Positions 24,201 through 35,334 are shown, numbered from the stretch's first letter. The stretch: 64,000 bases of DNA from Gekko japonicus (GCF_001447785.1 NW_015165850.1:154348-218347); one strand, 5' to 3'. Notes: generated by a model from the sequence alone, not told the origin. Numbers and translations: made by a program.

Positions 24201-25980
24201 GACTTCCGGCCACGGCGGCGCGAATGGCGACCGGCTCTCGGGACGCTCCCGGAGCCGGATCGCCCACACGCAGTTTGGGGGGGTCCCGCGTAAGCGGAGA
24301 TCCTAAGGAGCCTTAGTGTAAAGGCTCCGAACTAGGGGGCGCTTAAGGGAGAAGCCTCTTGCCGGCCAGAAGGTCGGGAATTGAGGCTCTCCCTCTGCCC
24401 CAAACGGCCCCGGGTGCGTCGTGCCCGAATGGGGACTAGCAACGCCACTGGTACAGCGGAGTGATGGAGCGCTAAAGTAAAGCCAGAAGGAATGAGAAGA
24501 GCGATGAACTGTGAGTTGGTGATTTAATTAGAAGCGGTGGCATAAGCGCGCTCCGTTCCCCCCGGGAGACTGAAAGAGAGGGGGGAGGATTCCCCCCCAC
24601 CCGAGAAAGAGACTTTTTAAAAGTAAAGAGGGGGGGCAAAGCGAAGATAGGCAAAAGCGCATTACCTTTTGGGAGGGAGTAGAAAGCGGTGAAGAGGGAG
24701 ACACCCCTGAGCGGCACAGCATGAACTTTTAAAGTATAAACAAAAGCGAAACATGGCGGGGCAGAGAAAGCTGCTGGAGAAGCAGACAAAGAAGATGGGA
24801 GGGACTTCCTGTCCGAGCTCTTCCCCTGCTGGTACTGCTGTCAATCAACAAGAAGGTGATCTTTTGCGCTATCTGCTGGAGGAACTGCAAAAAATTAACC
24901 AGAAGTTAGACAGCATGGAAAGTGCCTACAGTGTTCAACAGAGGAAAATGACAGAGACAGCCGACAAGGTAGATGATATTGCAAAGAAATGTCTGGCATC
25001 AACAGAAGAAATACAGAAAGTTAAGAAAAAGGTCATCAAAGTGGAAAAGCAGCAAGAAAAACAGGATAATAAATTGCTACTGCTTCAAATGAAGAAAGCG
25101 AATTTGACTCTTCGATTCCAAGGGCTGAAAGAGGAGGAAAAGGAGGACCTCAGAGACATTTTGGCAACAGCCTTAGCACCACTGACTGGCAATGAAGCGG
25201 GAAAAATAAAAGAAGAGATGGATTTGGCTTATAGAGCCTATTCCAACTTCACAAAGAAAAATAAGTTGCCAGCAGAAGTGGTAGTGAAATTTACAAAGCA
25301 ACGTCTCCGAGATCAGATTTTAAAGGCAGTTTCAGCAACACCCTTGAAAATTGGAGATCAACCGATCAGGATTTTGAAAGATGTTCCATTTGAAATCAGA
25401 ATGAAAAGAAAGGAATATAAAGGACTGACCATGTTCTTACAAAGTCATCAAGTCAGTTACAGATGGTTGTGCCCGAAGGATTGGTCTTTAAATTTAAAGA
25501 CAGAAGAGAAAAGATAGACTCTATCTTCAAGGCTCAAGACTTTTTGAAGAGGCACGCCAGTACAGAAGAAGAGGCAGAACTTGCCAAGTGGATGTCGGGA
25601 GCCAGCGGAGAAGACAGCAGCTCGGAGGGAGAGGTGAAGGATGAGGAAGTTAAAGGAGCGACTGGCCCAAAATATAACTTAAGGGACAAAAAAGGGAAAG
25701 ACCCCAAAGTTTAAAGACTATTTCGGATAATGCTTTGAAAGTAATACTAATCCCGAAAGAACATTACTAACATGTTAATTGTACGGTTTTGAGAGAGAGA
25801 GAAGAAAAGAGGATCGTCCAACTACAGAAGAAGCTATTGACTTTAATTTTAAAGGATTAATATACTAATACTTAACATCACTCAACACTTTTCTTTATCC
25901 TTCTATAGACCCTCCCCAATTTTCTGAATTGTAAAAGCAAAACTTCTCTCCTTTTTAGGAGAGGGAAATTTTTTTAAAAA
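24201..25980 (+). mobile_element. L1-clade non-autonomous element with ORF1 only (HAL1-like)
   Basis: Starts GACTTCCGG...ATGGCG; 550 bp CpG-rich 5'UTR, L1 ORF1, 266 bp 3' region, short A run; TSD AAGACAACTTTTAAAAACC (24182-24200) / AAGACAACTAAAAAAACC (25981-25998) at a TTT|AAGA site resembling the L1 endonuclease consensus. Confidence 0.85.
24753..25714 (+). pseudogene. L1 ORF1p (coiled coil + RRM + CTD), one -1 frameshift near 25469; about 320 aa if restored
   Basis: ORFs 24753-25517 and 25463-25714 join as SYRWL-(V)PEGLVFKF when one base is restored. Motifs LRFQGLKE, DLAYR, PAEVVVKF, QILKA, IRILKD, KRKEY match L1 ORF1p architecture. Confidence 0.88.
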
Positions 25981-26582
25981 AAGACAACTAAAAAAACCAA
26001 AACCCTTTTTCTGAGCTTTGTCAATTCCTCTGTGTAGAGAAGCTCAGCCAGCCTGACAGGCAGCAACTTGCAGAAAATAACCAGTGCTTACTGGTGCTAA
26101 TTTATGTGAATATGGAGTAGACTGTAATCTGTGTGTTCACATGAATTGCTTATGCATATACATATCTACAAGCACATATCCCAATTACATGATTCATTCA
26201 CCCTTTTGTGGTAGATAAGTAGAACATATGAATTATCTTTATGTTAGCTATACATCTGTTTCTGCAAATCACACTTGATATTCTATAAGTGTGATTTCTG
26301 TGTAAGAGCCTAAAATTTGCTTTCAAATCCTACCATATGAACAGCGGGGGGGGGGGGTAAAATAGGCTGGGGATTGTACTACTTAGTTTTTGTGTTTTAG
26401 AGAATTGTCATACTCAGTAGTTTGTGACTTTTCAAACCTCCAATTGTAATTCATGCTAAAAGTAACTTAAAAAACCTATTGGTTTAAACTTACTCCATTA
26501 ATCACACCAGGTTTTTATATTATATAGGACTGACAACTGTTGCTACTTTCTTTTCCTCAAAACCATTTATGCTCTTGCACAC

Positions 26583-27819
26583 TGTGACAGACTGCACTTT
26601 TAAAAGCTTAGAAGTGCTGTGTAAACAGATAAAGGACTGTAAAGGGTTAATTCTTCACAGAGCCAGAGAGCCTTGAGTGACAAGCTGGTCCAAGCAATCT
26701 GACTGGTTAAACATCAGCTGAGCAGAGAAAGACTTCTGAACTGGATGCTGAGGAGGATTGAGTCTGATTTCAGCCTTAGCTGAGAGCAGTTTAACACAGC
26801 TGGAGAACTAGGGGAAAGTTGGCAAGGAAGTTTGTTCAATTAAGTTTGTGAAGTAGGTGAAGACTCCCATACAGGACAAAGAAAGATCTCATAGCGACAG
26901 AAGAATTTCCCTACCCAGTCGAACAGGGAGTTAGCTCTGAAGAGTACAGAGATCCCTGACCTGGTGTGGATAGAAACTGCCTTTAGAGACCTTAATAGTC
27001 AGTTAAAAATCCAAAATGAGTACTGGCATTTCAAGAGAAGGGTTTTGGGTACTGGAAAGAATGTACCAGCCTTCTGGAAACCAAGAGTCAGACAACTGTT
27101 CTGGAGTGTTTGGGAAAACTCTGGAACAAAAGCCTCTCAGCATAAAGATTTAAGTCACTGTGTGTTATGTATGTAATGTAATGGAAAGAATGTACTGAAC
27201 TTGAAATCTGAAAGGTATTGTAAACCGACCTATCAGAACAAAAGCACGTTCTGGAGGGAAGAGAAATGATTGGTCTTTATGTACAGTATGTGATTGGACC
27301 CTAGCTGACATGTGGGCGTGGCTTGCCAAGCCCGGACAGCTTAAAAAGGAGCCTGTTGCTCCATTGATTTGTCTCTTCTGGTTCTTCTGACTTCCTGTGC
27401 AATAAAGCTGTTAATCACTGTTCACCTGCTGCCTGAGTCTCCTATCTAACACTGTGAAAAGCTTAAGAAACTCTCATTAGCCTGAAACCTAAGGACTAAA
27501 GTCTTTGCATGTAGGGTTTTACCTCATAAATTTCAGCCCCCGATTTTAGCTGACCTTTCTCCTCTGTGTTGAGTAAAATATTTTGTTATTTTTGAATTTC
27601 AGAATGTCATTTAAGTTGTTTAAGTTAAAGTGGGCTCCTGATCCTTCCCTTAGGTTCCTGGCTGAGTCAAAAGCCAAAATATTGTTCCGTGACAGGATGG
27701 AACAGCCACAGTTCTTCAGCAAAGAAGAGAAGACATTACTAAGGCAGCTCAGTAAAGTGAAAGAAATGTGGATGGGAAAATCTTGCCTCTGAGGGAGGGA
27801 AGCAGATGGGGCCATCATA
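26583..27819 (+). mobile_element. Solo LTR (about 940 bp without nested insert), Gypsy/ERV type
   Basis: Begins TGTGAC, ends ATCATA (decayed GTCACA); 5-bp TSD CACAC at 26578-26582 and 27820-27824. Confidence 0.65.
27163..27451 (+). mobile_element. Short solo LTR (289 bp) nested in the larger LTR
   Basis: TGTTA...TAACA termini, 5-bp TSD CTGTG (27158-27162, 27452-27456); internal 2x GATTGG, GGGCGTGGC, TTAAAA and AATAAA in LTR order. Confidence 0.85.
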
Positions 27820-28245
27820 CACACATTCACTGTTTTCTGTTAAATTACTGTGTTCCTCTATGCTTTTGCATGTTTACTTGGGAGTCCCTAAGTAATTAAA
27901 CTGAATTTACTCCCAAATAAACTTATGGCTGCAGGTTTACCAATGCAATCCTAAACAGCTGTTACATCCTTCAAAACTGATTGACTGCAATGGCCTTAGA
28001 GGGCTGTAACTGTGTAGGACTGCACTGTAAACGAAGCTTCACAATAAATGTATTAGTCTCCAGGTGCCACAAGTCAATTTCATTGTTTTTTCTTCAACTC
28101 AGTAATGAAAGTTTCTCTTCTAGATTCCCCCCTCCCAAAAAAAAAAAATTAAACAGCACCTGGTACAGCTGGAACCAAATAAGTGTTTAAACACTAGCAG
28201 AAGCAGCATCTTTAAAGAATCAAATATCCAATCCTGATGCACGCT

Positions 28246-28488
28246 TGTGTGTGTATGTGCGTTATGTACTGTTAAGTTGCTTCCCATTTACGGACAGTAT
28301 CCACTGATGACCTCCAAAAGCAACCTTCCTCCAGTCTCGCAAACTGAGGGCTGTGGTTTCCTTGATTGAGTCAATCCATCTCATGCTGGGTCTTCCTCTT
28401 CTGCTGCCTTCAACTTTGCCCAGCAACACTATTGTATTTTCCAATGTGTCTTGTCTTTTCATAATGTGACTAAAGTATGATAGCCTCA
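28246..28488 (-). mobile_element. RTE-clade LINE 3' fragment
   Basis: ORF 28262-28489(-) reads RLSYFSHIMKRQDTLENTIVLLGKVEGSRRGRPSMRWIDSIKE, the RTE C-terminus; (CA)n-like tail. Confidence 0.8.
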
Positions 28489-28789
28489 AAATACGATGTG
28501 CACGTTTACTCAGAAGTAAACCAGATCCTGTTCAATGAGTTTTACTCCCTGGAAAATGTGCACAGGGAGGCAACCTTCAGCTCCATGCTTTTTTCCCCAC
28601 CCGAGGTGCGCTCGACTTCCTTCAGCCACTAACACCATTTGGCTCCTATTATGAACTGAGAGTGAGGGAGCTTCTTGAATAAGTGACTTCATTTTATTCG
28701 GCTCATAACAACGCTAGACAAACTTTATAGAACAAAGCTGACTTATATAGGATTTGAATTGGATGGGCAAAACCACACCCAACAAACAG

Positions 28790-29167
28790 ATAACAACCAA
28801 TAGGAACATGGAGCTTGGAACCAATGAGAGTGGTTCCTGCAGAAGGCAAAGGCTTCTCTGATTGGCCCATTAGGTCAATCCTTGCAATGCTCTTTTAGTA
28901 TAGACTGTGCATAAACTCATTCATATCTTTATTACATTAAGACATAATAGTTCCCCATCCTGAAGCAACAGAGCTGACAGCGGGATACCATTGCCTTGAA
29001 GCAACACGCTTCAAGCCAACACCCCCTGACTGCAGCAAACAAACGGCCTCTTTAAGAGCGGGAAAGGCCCCGCCCACGCACTCCGTCAACCTCTCCCCAC
29101 AAGCCAGGGATGACGTATGAGAGCCAATGGGCGTTTTCCTTAGTGTGAGGTGCGAAGCGAGGGGAAG
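28790..29167 (+). promoter_or_regulatory. TBCC TATA-less housekeeping promoter (possibly bidirectional)
   Basis: CCAAT boxes at 28797, 28821, 29124 and ATTGG at 28861; E2F-type GCGGGAAA 29058; GC box GGCCCCGCCC 29066; ATF/CRE-type TGACGTA 29111; start of the CpG island covering the CDS. Confidence 0.75.
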
Positions 29168-30193
29168 ATGGAGGCTGTTTCTGCGGCGGAGGCGGCGGGG
29201 CTCTCGCTTGCTGCCGGTGTCCCCCCGTTGATTCCGGAGCGGCTCCAGCAGCGAGACGCAGAACGGCGAGAGGAGGCTGAGCGGAGGCGGCGGGAGCGCG
29301 ACGCGCAGACTGTGGAAGAGGAGCAGAGCGACTTCTTCACTGCCGCCTTCGCCCGAGAGCGGGACGCCATCGAGGCGCTGCTGGGGCCAGAGTTGGACGA
29401 GGGGGCTGCTGAGGATGCAGCCACGCGACTGCTGGAGGAGGCCGCCGGGCGGCTGCAGAGCCTGCAGAAGCTGCTGACGGACTCGGTGCGCTTCCTGGCC
29501 CCGTATGAGGTGCGGCAGGCGCAGGCGACGATGGCCCGGCTGCAGAGCGCCCTTTCCGAGCGCCGCCTGCAAGTGCAGCCCAAGAAGCGCTTCGCTTTCC
29601 GGGCTCGCAAGAAGGAGTCGGCCGTGGGCCAGGAGCCCCCGATGGCTTCCGAGCGGCCACAAGGTTCCAGTGAAGCGATCCTTTCTCCCGCGGATCCCGA
29701 GTGTGGGTTCAGCCGAGTCGAGGGGCAGGAGCTGCAGCTGGGCCCGGCCGACCTGCTTCAGCGGAACGTGGTATTGTCTCACCTGACCGCTTGCCGGGTG
29801 CGGCTTTGTGGCAACCCCAACACGCTGCTGATGCGCGGCTGCCGGGACTGCACGGTTCTCTGCGGGCCGGTGTCCACCTCGGCGCGGCTGGAAGACTGCA
29901 GCGGCTGCCTCGTGGCCCTCGCCTGCCAGCAGCTTCGCACGCACCTCGTCACCCAGACCACCTTCTACGTGCAGGTGACTTGCCGGGCCATGCTGGAAGA
30001 CTGCAGCGGAGTCCGCTTCGCCCCGTACACGTGGAGTTACGTGGGCATCGAGGCCGACTTCGAGACATCGGGACTTGATAGAAGCAGAGACAACTGGAGC
30101 CAGGTGGATGATTTCAACTGGCTGGCTCGGGATCAGCCCTCTCCGAACTGGAGTGTGATCCCGGAGGAGGAGAGAGTCTGTGACTGGAGCTGA
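29168..30193 (+). CDS. TBCC: Tubulin-specific chaperone C (tubulin folding cofactor C), single coding exon, 341 aa
   Basis: ORF track 29150-30193 opens at GTG; first ATG at 29168 in good Kozak context (AAGATGG). N-terminal helical domain (PERLQQRDAERR...DSVRFLAPYEVRQAQ), PKKRFAFR linker, C-CAP/cofactor C beta-helix (LCGPVSTS, ACQQLRTH with the catalytic Arg, FAPYTWSY, DDFNWLARDQPSPNW). Intronless and CpG-rich as in other amniotes; adjacent to PRPH2. Confidence 0.97.
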   Translation: MEAVSAAEAAGLSLAAGVPPLIPERLQQRDAERREEAERRRRERDAQTVEEEQSDFFTAAFARERDAIEALLGPELDEGAAEDAATRLLEEAAGRLQSLQKLLTDSVRFLAPYEVRQAQATMARLQSALSERRLQVQPKKRFAFRARKKESAVGQEPPMASERPQGSSEAILSPADPECGFSRVEGQELQLGPADLLQRNVVLSHLTACRVRLCGNPNTLLMRGCRDCTVLCGPVSTSARLEDCSGCLVALACQQLRTHLVTQTTFYVQVTCRAMLEDCSGVRFAPYTWSYVGIEADFETSGLDRSRDNWSQVDDFNWLARDQPSPNWSVIPEEERVCDWS

Positions 30194-30819
30194 ACTGGGA
30201 ACACTCTATCAGCCACTGTTGCTGCAGTGTGTAGAGGACCTGGAGCTAGTTGCATTGCAGATGGTGTGCTCCTTTCGAAGAATTCATGCACCTTATTTGT
30301 GCTTTGGCATCGTTTAAGCCAGATGTTGTGATGAAGGTGCCAAAATACTTACCTCTGGTGATACTTGCTTTTGCTCTGCCAGCCAGTGAAGCCTCCTGGC
30401 GCTAACAGGATCTGTGTTGTGCTGTGTGCCTTTAGCTGGCTGCCTGATCTTTAAAGTTGTTCAAATTCTGCTTTGCTTTCTGGAACAAGCTTTGTAAGGG
30501 CTTCAACTTCTGTTTTAAATATTCTTCATTCAAAGCATCTCTCTGTGTAAAAATCTTTCCTTGACTTCTACCAGTAGAAAGAATTCCACAAAATTCTATT
30601 TGTAAAGTATTGCCCAAGGATAAATTTAAGCTTAAGAAAACATTATACTCTGATCTTGAACCTATTTAGTGCATATAACTGCTTCAGTGCAGCTAATACT
30701 TGCAAGCAAAGCCAAAGCCAAAAACTTTCATGGGGCAATCTCGTCAAAGTTAGATAAAAGTCACTGGAAGAAAGTTAAGCACATGCTTATTTTTCTGAAA
30801 ACCGTTTGTAGAACTACTT

Positions 30820-30825
30820 AATAAA
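30820..30825 (+). terminator. Candidate TBCC polyadenylation signal
   Basis: First AATAAA seen after the TBCC stop, followed by GT-rich GAGTTGTGT; alternatives at 32093 and 32117. Confidence 0.45.
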
Positions 30826-33149
30826 CTGAGTTGTGTAATTAATCCTTAAGGGGTCTACAACTGTCAAATTACATTCATGTTTAGTGTGCTATCTAAAACA
30901 ATATCTGCATGTTTTGTACAAATACATACTGTGTCTGGGCATTTCCCACTTCAGTGTACTATTCATCTTGTGTTTTGTTAACAAGGGTTAAGCAAGTTAC
31001 CAAATCTGTACCTCATATAACTAAATAGAATCAATATTGTCATTACTACTCTCTCTGGATTTTATACTAATGTACTAACTTTTCAAAAATGCTAAAAGGA
31101 CCTCAGTTATTGTATTGTTCAGGTGTTGGTTTTACTCTTAAGTACCCCTCATGGCCCCTTGGATTAAAACAAATTTTTTCCTGTGAATTGTCTTTTCAGT
31201 GCTTTTCTCGGGGACTGTACACATCTCTGGTCATGTAACAGAATGAGAGGCAGAGATTGGGTGCTTTCTAGCTCCGGCCTGGGACAGATTTGGAGTGTTT
31301 CTTGTCTTATGTGTGCTGCTTCTGACAGCATATAGCCTGCCACACTGAAAAGGGATTTTTTTTGCATTTGCTGCAGAACTGTTGAGGTGGATGTAATGAC
31401 TTTTGGGACATACAGTTCTTTGAGCAACTTGTGTGGGAAACTGGCACTGCTCACACACAGCTCTGCCAGCACTGCTTCTAGGCTGAAAGGGAAATATCTC
31501 TTTCATGCAGCTGTCTTTCTGTCATGTTGCTGGTGATGCATTAGCATTCCTCCCACCAATTTATCTGCCTTGGTCAGTTGTGGTTCCTAATACAGTTTGC
31601 AAACCACTTCTTAAACAAAAAGTAGTAAGGCAGAGAGTTCCTTCTGAGCCACATTTCTGGGGGCATAAGAGTAAGACAGCTGGCTGGATCTATCTTTAGA
31701 GAAAACCACACATTTATGTAAGCTTAAGAGGGTATGGAGCAGGAAACTAATGAGGCAACAACCTCTAAAAGAAGGCAAAGTTTCGTTTCCCAGGTTTGTT
31801 TGAGCTAATCCTTGTCCTCCCCTTTCCAAATCTTCAACTGCGATCGCTTTCAGCAGGCCTCTTCTATAGAGGACTAGAACTTGTAACAGTGGGCAATAAC
31901 AGCAGCATTCATTTTGACATGACAGTGACAACTTTGCCACTAGAAAGACTCTACTTTCCAGAAAGCTTAATAGCTGAGGTGCTAGTCAAGGAAAAGAGCA
32001 GCCTGGTCATCCCCTTCCTGTTTCAGACCAGTTGCCAACAACTAACCTACAGTAGCATAAAAGGTGCTCTACCCCCTAAAAACTATTATTTAAATAAATT
32101 GGTTTGTGGTGTTAAGAATAAAATAAGGATGTGCTGAATGAGACAAAGCATTTTTGTTTTGCTCCTGCCATGATACTAAAACACAATTTCTGTTTTCAAG
32201 AATTATGTGAAAGAGATTTTGCCCTGAATTAGTATCTCTTTTTGAGGGTCTAGATGGAGTGCTCCTGCTGATGTGGTACTAAGAGACTTTATTCATAGTA
32301 GAGAGGATTGGGCTATGTGACTACAATATCTGGCCCTCAAAACACTCTGAATAGCTAATTAGGGATGGTCCATTCTTAGTGTAGAACAAATAACTGGTGT
32401 GAGCTTGAGAAGGATCTGTCACTAACAGTCTATTATAGACAATACTTTTTTAGGAATCCTCAGAAGTATGTTAGGTCTTTCCTCTAATTATTTCTGTAGG
32501 GTTATTCAATAGCTCCTGATGTTGACCAATGGTGAGATCTAGCAGGTCCTGCCATTTCCTGTTTGAGATGGCAGAAGTAACCCCCCCCCCAAGCTGAAGT
32601 ATGACTACTGCCTCCTGATCAGAGTGGAGAGATTATTTCTCAGAGACTCTGCTTGGAACTTCTGCCATACTGGGTTCTGTATCTACCTCAACCTCACTCC
32701 TAGCCCAGTCACAACTCCTACAAAATACTAGCTGTAGCTGTACATGTGATGATGAATGTGCCATTATACAGCTTCTGTTGGACGATTTTGGCAGGGTGAT
32801 TGTGAGCTTTCTTGTATCTTTTATTTGCTAGCATAAGGAAATCAACAGTGTTTAAAAGCTGAAAACATCACTGTGACCTGCTTTGAAGTCATAGACATAG
32901 AAGACATAGAATCATAGAGTTAGAAGGGACCTCCAGGGTCATCTAGTAATAAAAGTGTCTCCCCAAACTGGTTTCCTCTGTTCTGGGCTTGAAGGACTGC
33001 AGGTGTGACAACAGCCGAGACAACAAAAGTTATCAGAAGCAATTTTTTTATCTTTAATATCAAGGTTATGTAATTTACAAGCCTTTTTCAGGCACTTTTA
33101 ACATCAGTTAATGCATGACTAGTTTCATGTTTCTTGTCATTTTATAGAC

Positions 33150-33166
33150 GGTCACTAGATGGTGCA
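33150..33166 (+). promoter_or_regulatory. Candidate CTCF site between TBCC and PRPH2
   Basis: GGTCACTAGATGGTGCA, close to the CCACTAGATGGCGC consensus, outside recognised repeats. Confidence 0.45.
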
Positions 33167-34809
33167 TGAAGATCCTTTTCTCAGCTCTGTCACTCCCCCC
33201 CCCCCCCCACGCGCGTCCCCCCCCCCCCCCCCCCATCTTTCAGGTCATCTAGGAGGATCATTCTTTTGACAGTGTATTGCCTAAAGATTACAGCTTTCCT
33301 TCTTCATTTTCCCCAGTCAGTTTTAATTCCTTTATTGCAGAGTTTTTCAGTCTGAGCTAGGGACCATGGATGGTTTACAGAGATGCTGCCGCCAATAAAG
33401 GATTTACAGTTGCTAGAAGGAATGCAAGGAAGGCAGATAGAAGCAAGGGACATATGACTTGCTAACAAAATATTGAACTGGGGAGGACATTGAATATGCA
33501 AACAAGCACTTCCCTAGAAAAAAATGCCACCGTATGGTACATGCTTCCCAGTCATTCATATCTAAATGCAAATGTGAACATTTTCCAGCCACTGCTTTAC
33601 TGATGATGGGAACTGTATCCAACATTAGAACATCCTGTTGTAGCTACAGTGGGACCTCGTGAGGCCCAGCCCCATAACTTACCAGCAAGGCCCCACAACT
33701 TCTCATCCAGCCCAGGCCCCTCCCCAAAATCCTGTTTTGGTACTGCAATGCACAGCCACACCATCGCCTTCACCAAGCCTGACTACTGGAGCCAAGCCTG
33801 CCTGCTGGAGTCTTGCAGGGCGCAGGAAAGAAGCAAAGTGGGGGGGGGCAGTGACAGAGTGGTCGGTCTAGCACCCTGTCTCCTGGTTTTCATCCGTGTT
33901 ATGAATCATGGCGTGGCGAAGGCCACTGTGGTAGCGGCAGTGTGGCTCCCTCCCCACCTGCACTGTGCTGCTGACTTTTTAAAATGCCCCCCGACTTTAC
34001 AAATCCTGGCTATGCCCCTGCATTGAATCTCAAGGTTGGTCAACATCTAAGTTGTGATGCTGCAGCAGAGAGTCCCTCAATCTGGAGAGCAGCTATATCC
34101 TTGGTGTCGTACTGACCACACAAGATACTGACAGATTGTCATGGGCTATTTGTTTGATTTAGAATATTTATATACCTGCCTTTGTCCTGACAAAGTGGGT
34201 GACAAGAACAGTCATATACTAAATTGAATGCATAAATTAAAAATATCCACCACAACCCTTTTTTTAGTTAAAATTAATTATTAACGGGGGGGGGGAATGA
34301 AGTCTATTTAAGAATTCCAGAGAACTCAAAACCATGCATACTGTGTTGAATTATTGTAGTTATCTTAATAAAAGGTGTTCCCTCTCTCTCTCTCTCTGCT
34401 CTAGACCAACATAGTTACCTACAATTTTTGTAGCTACCTACAATCAGTTTTTGTTCCTGTAATCTCAGCAAGTCTTGGTCTGTCATTGGCCCAACATGAT
34501 TAGCCTATAAGCAGCTCAAGAGTTCAATCACTATTTCTGGATTTTTGGATCGCAATTGTTAGTTTCTCAGTTGGTTCAGTTCTCTTCCAGAAGTCAAAGA
34601 TATGAGATACATATCTTTTTTTTGTTTTCAGAGCTACTGTAAACTTATATTTTAATTCATTTAAAAAGTGTCCTTAATTCCATTACTAAAAACACATAAG
34701 CCAAACAATGTCATTCAAGGTGAGTGACACAGGATAAGAATCAGCACAGCCGCAAAGGTTTCAGTACAGTAATTTATCAAGTCAATATACAGCCACATCT
34801 ATGTCAATA

Positions 34810-35334
34810 TATCTTTTAATCAAAGAGCTGCCACTTTCCCAAGGGGGAAAAGATCTTCTAGGAATGTGGCATCTTTTTATCCTTTGATCTTCAGTTGCTG
34901 CATGCAATAATATATCATGGGAAAACATTAATCCACTAAATAGTAAAACGAGGGATTATTTCCACTGCTCATCTGCTGGCAGAGATTTCTGTAAATTGGA
35001 TCACACTGATTAGTATTAGAATGACGTCTTGCAGATCCAGCTTTAATCTGAACCTTCAAGGCTGTTTCTCCTTTGTGCACAAGGGGCCACCAGAAATAGC
35101 TGCATGTGCTATTTGCCAATCTTTTTTTTTAATGTGAATTTTTAAAATTGTGCACCTCCAAAGACTTGCCCAAGTCTCTCATAGTACGATGGAAGGGCCA
35201 AACCATAATGGCTCAGGCAGAGTTACAGCATTTGGAATCTTCAAGGCATGAATGGTGGTGGCTCTTCCTAAAGTTGTTCCCTTTCTGAAAAAGGATTAAC
35301 TTCGTGGAGTCTTGTTAAATTTTACATTGCAAGA
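34810..35334 (+). promoter_or_regulatory. PRPH2 photoreceptor promoter with clustered CRX/OTX2-type TAATC sites and a CRE-like site
   Basis: TAATCA 34817, TAATCC 34929, GGATTA 34953, TGATTAG 35007, TAATCT 35044, GGATTA 35293; TGACGTC at 35022; all directly upstream of the PRPH2 ATG. TSS not determinable. Confidence 0.65.

Noticed and set aside
24753-25714. Domesticated L1TD1-like host gene
   Set aside because: Frameshift, intact TE 5'UTR and TSDs indicate an ordinary insertion, not a domesticated gene.
28937-29944. 335-aa minus-strand ORF and other ORFs overlapping TBCC
   Set aside because: Shadow ORFs expected from the GC-rich TBCC coding sequence; no recognisable domain.
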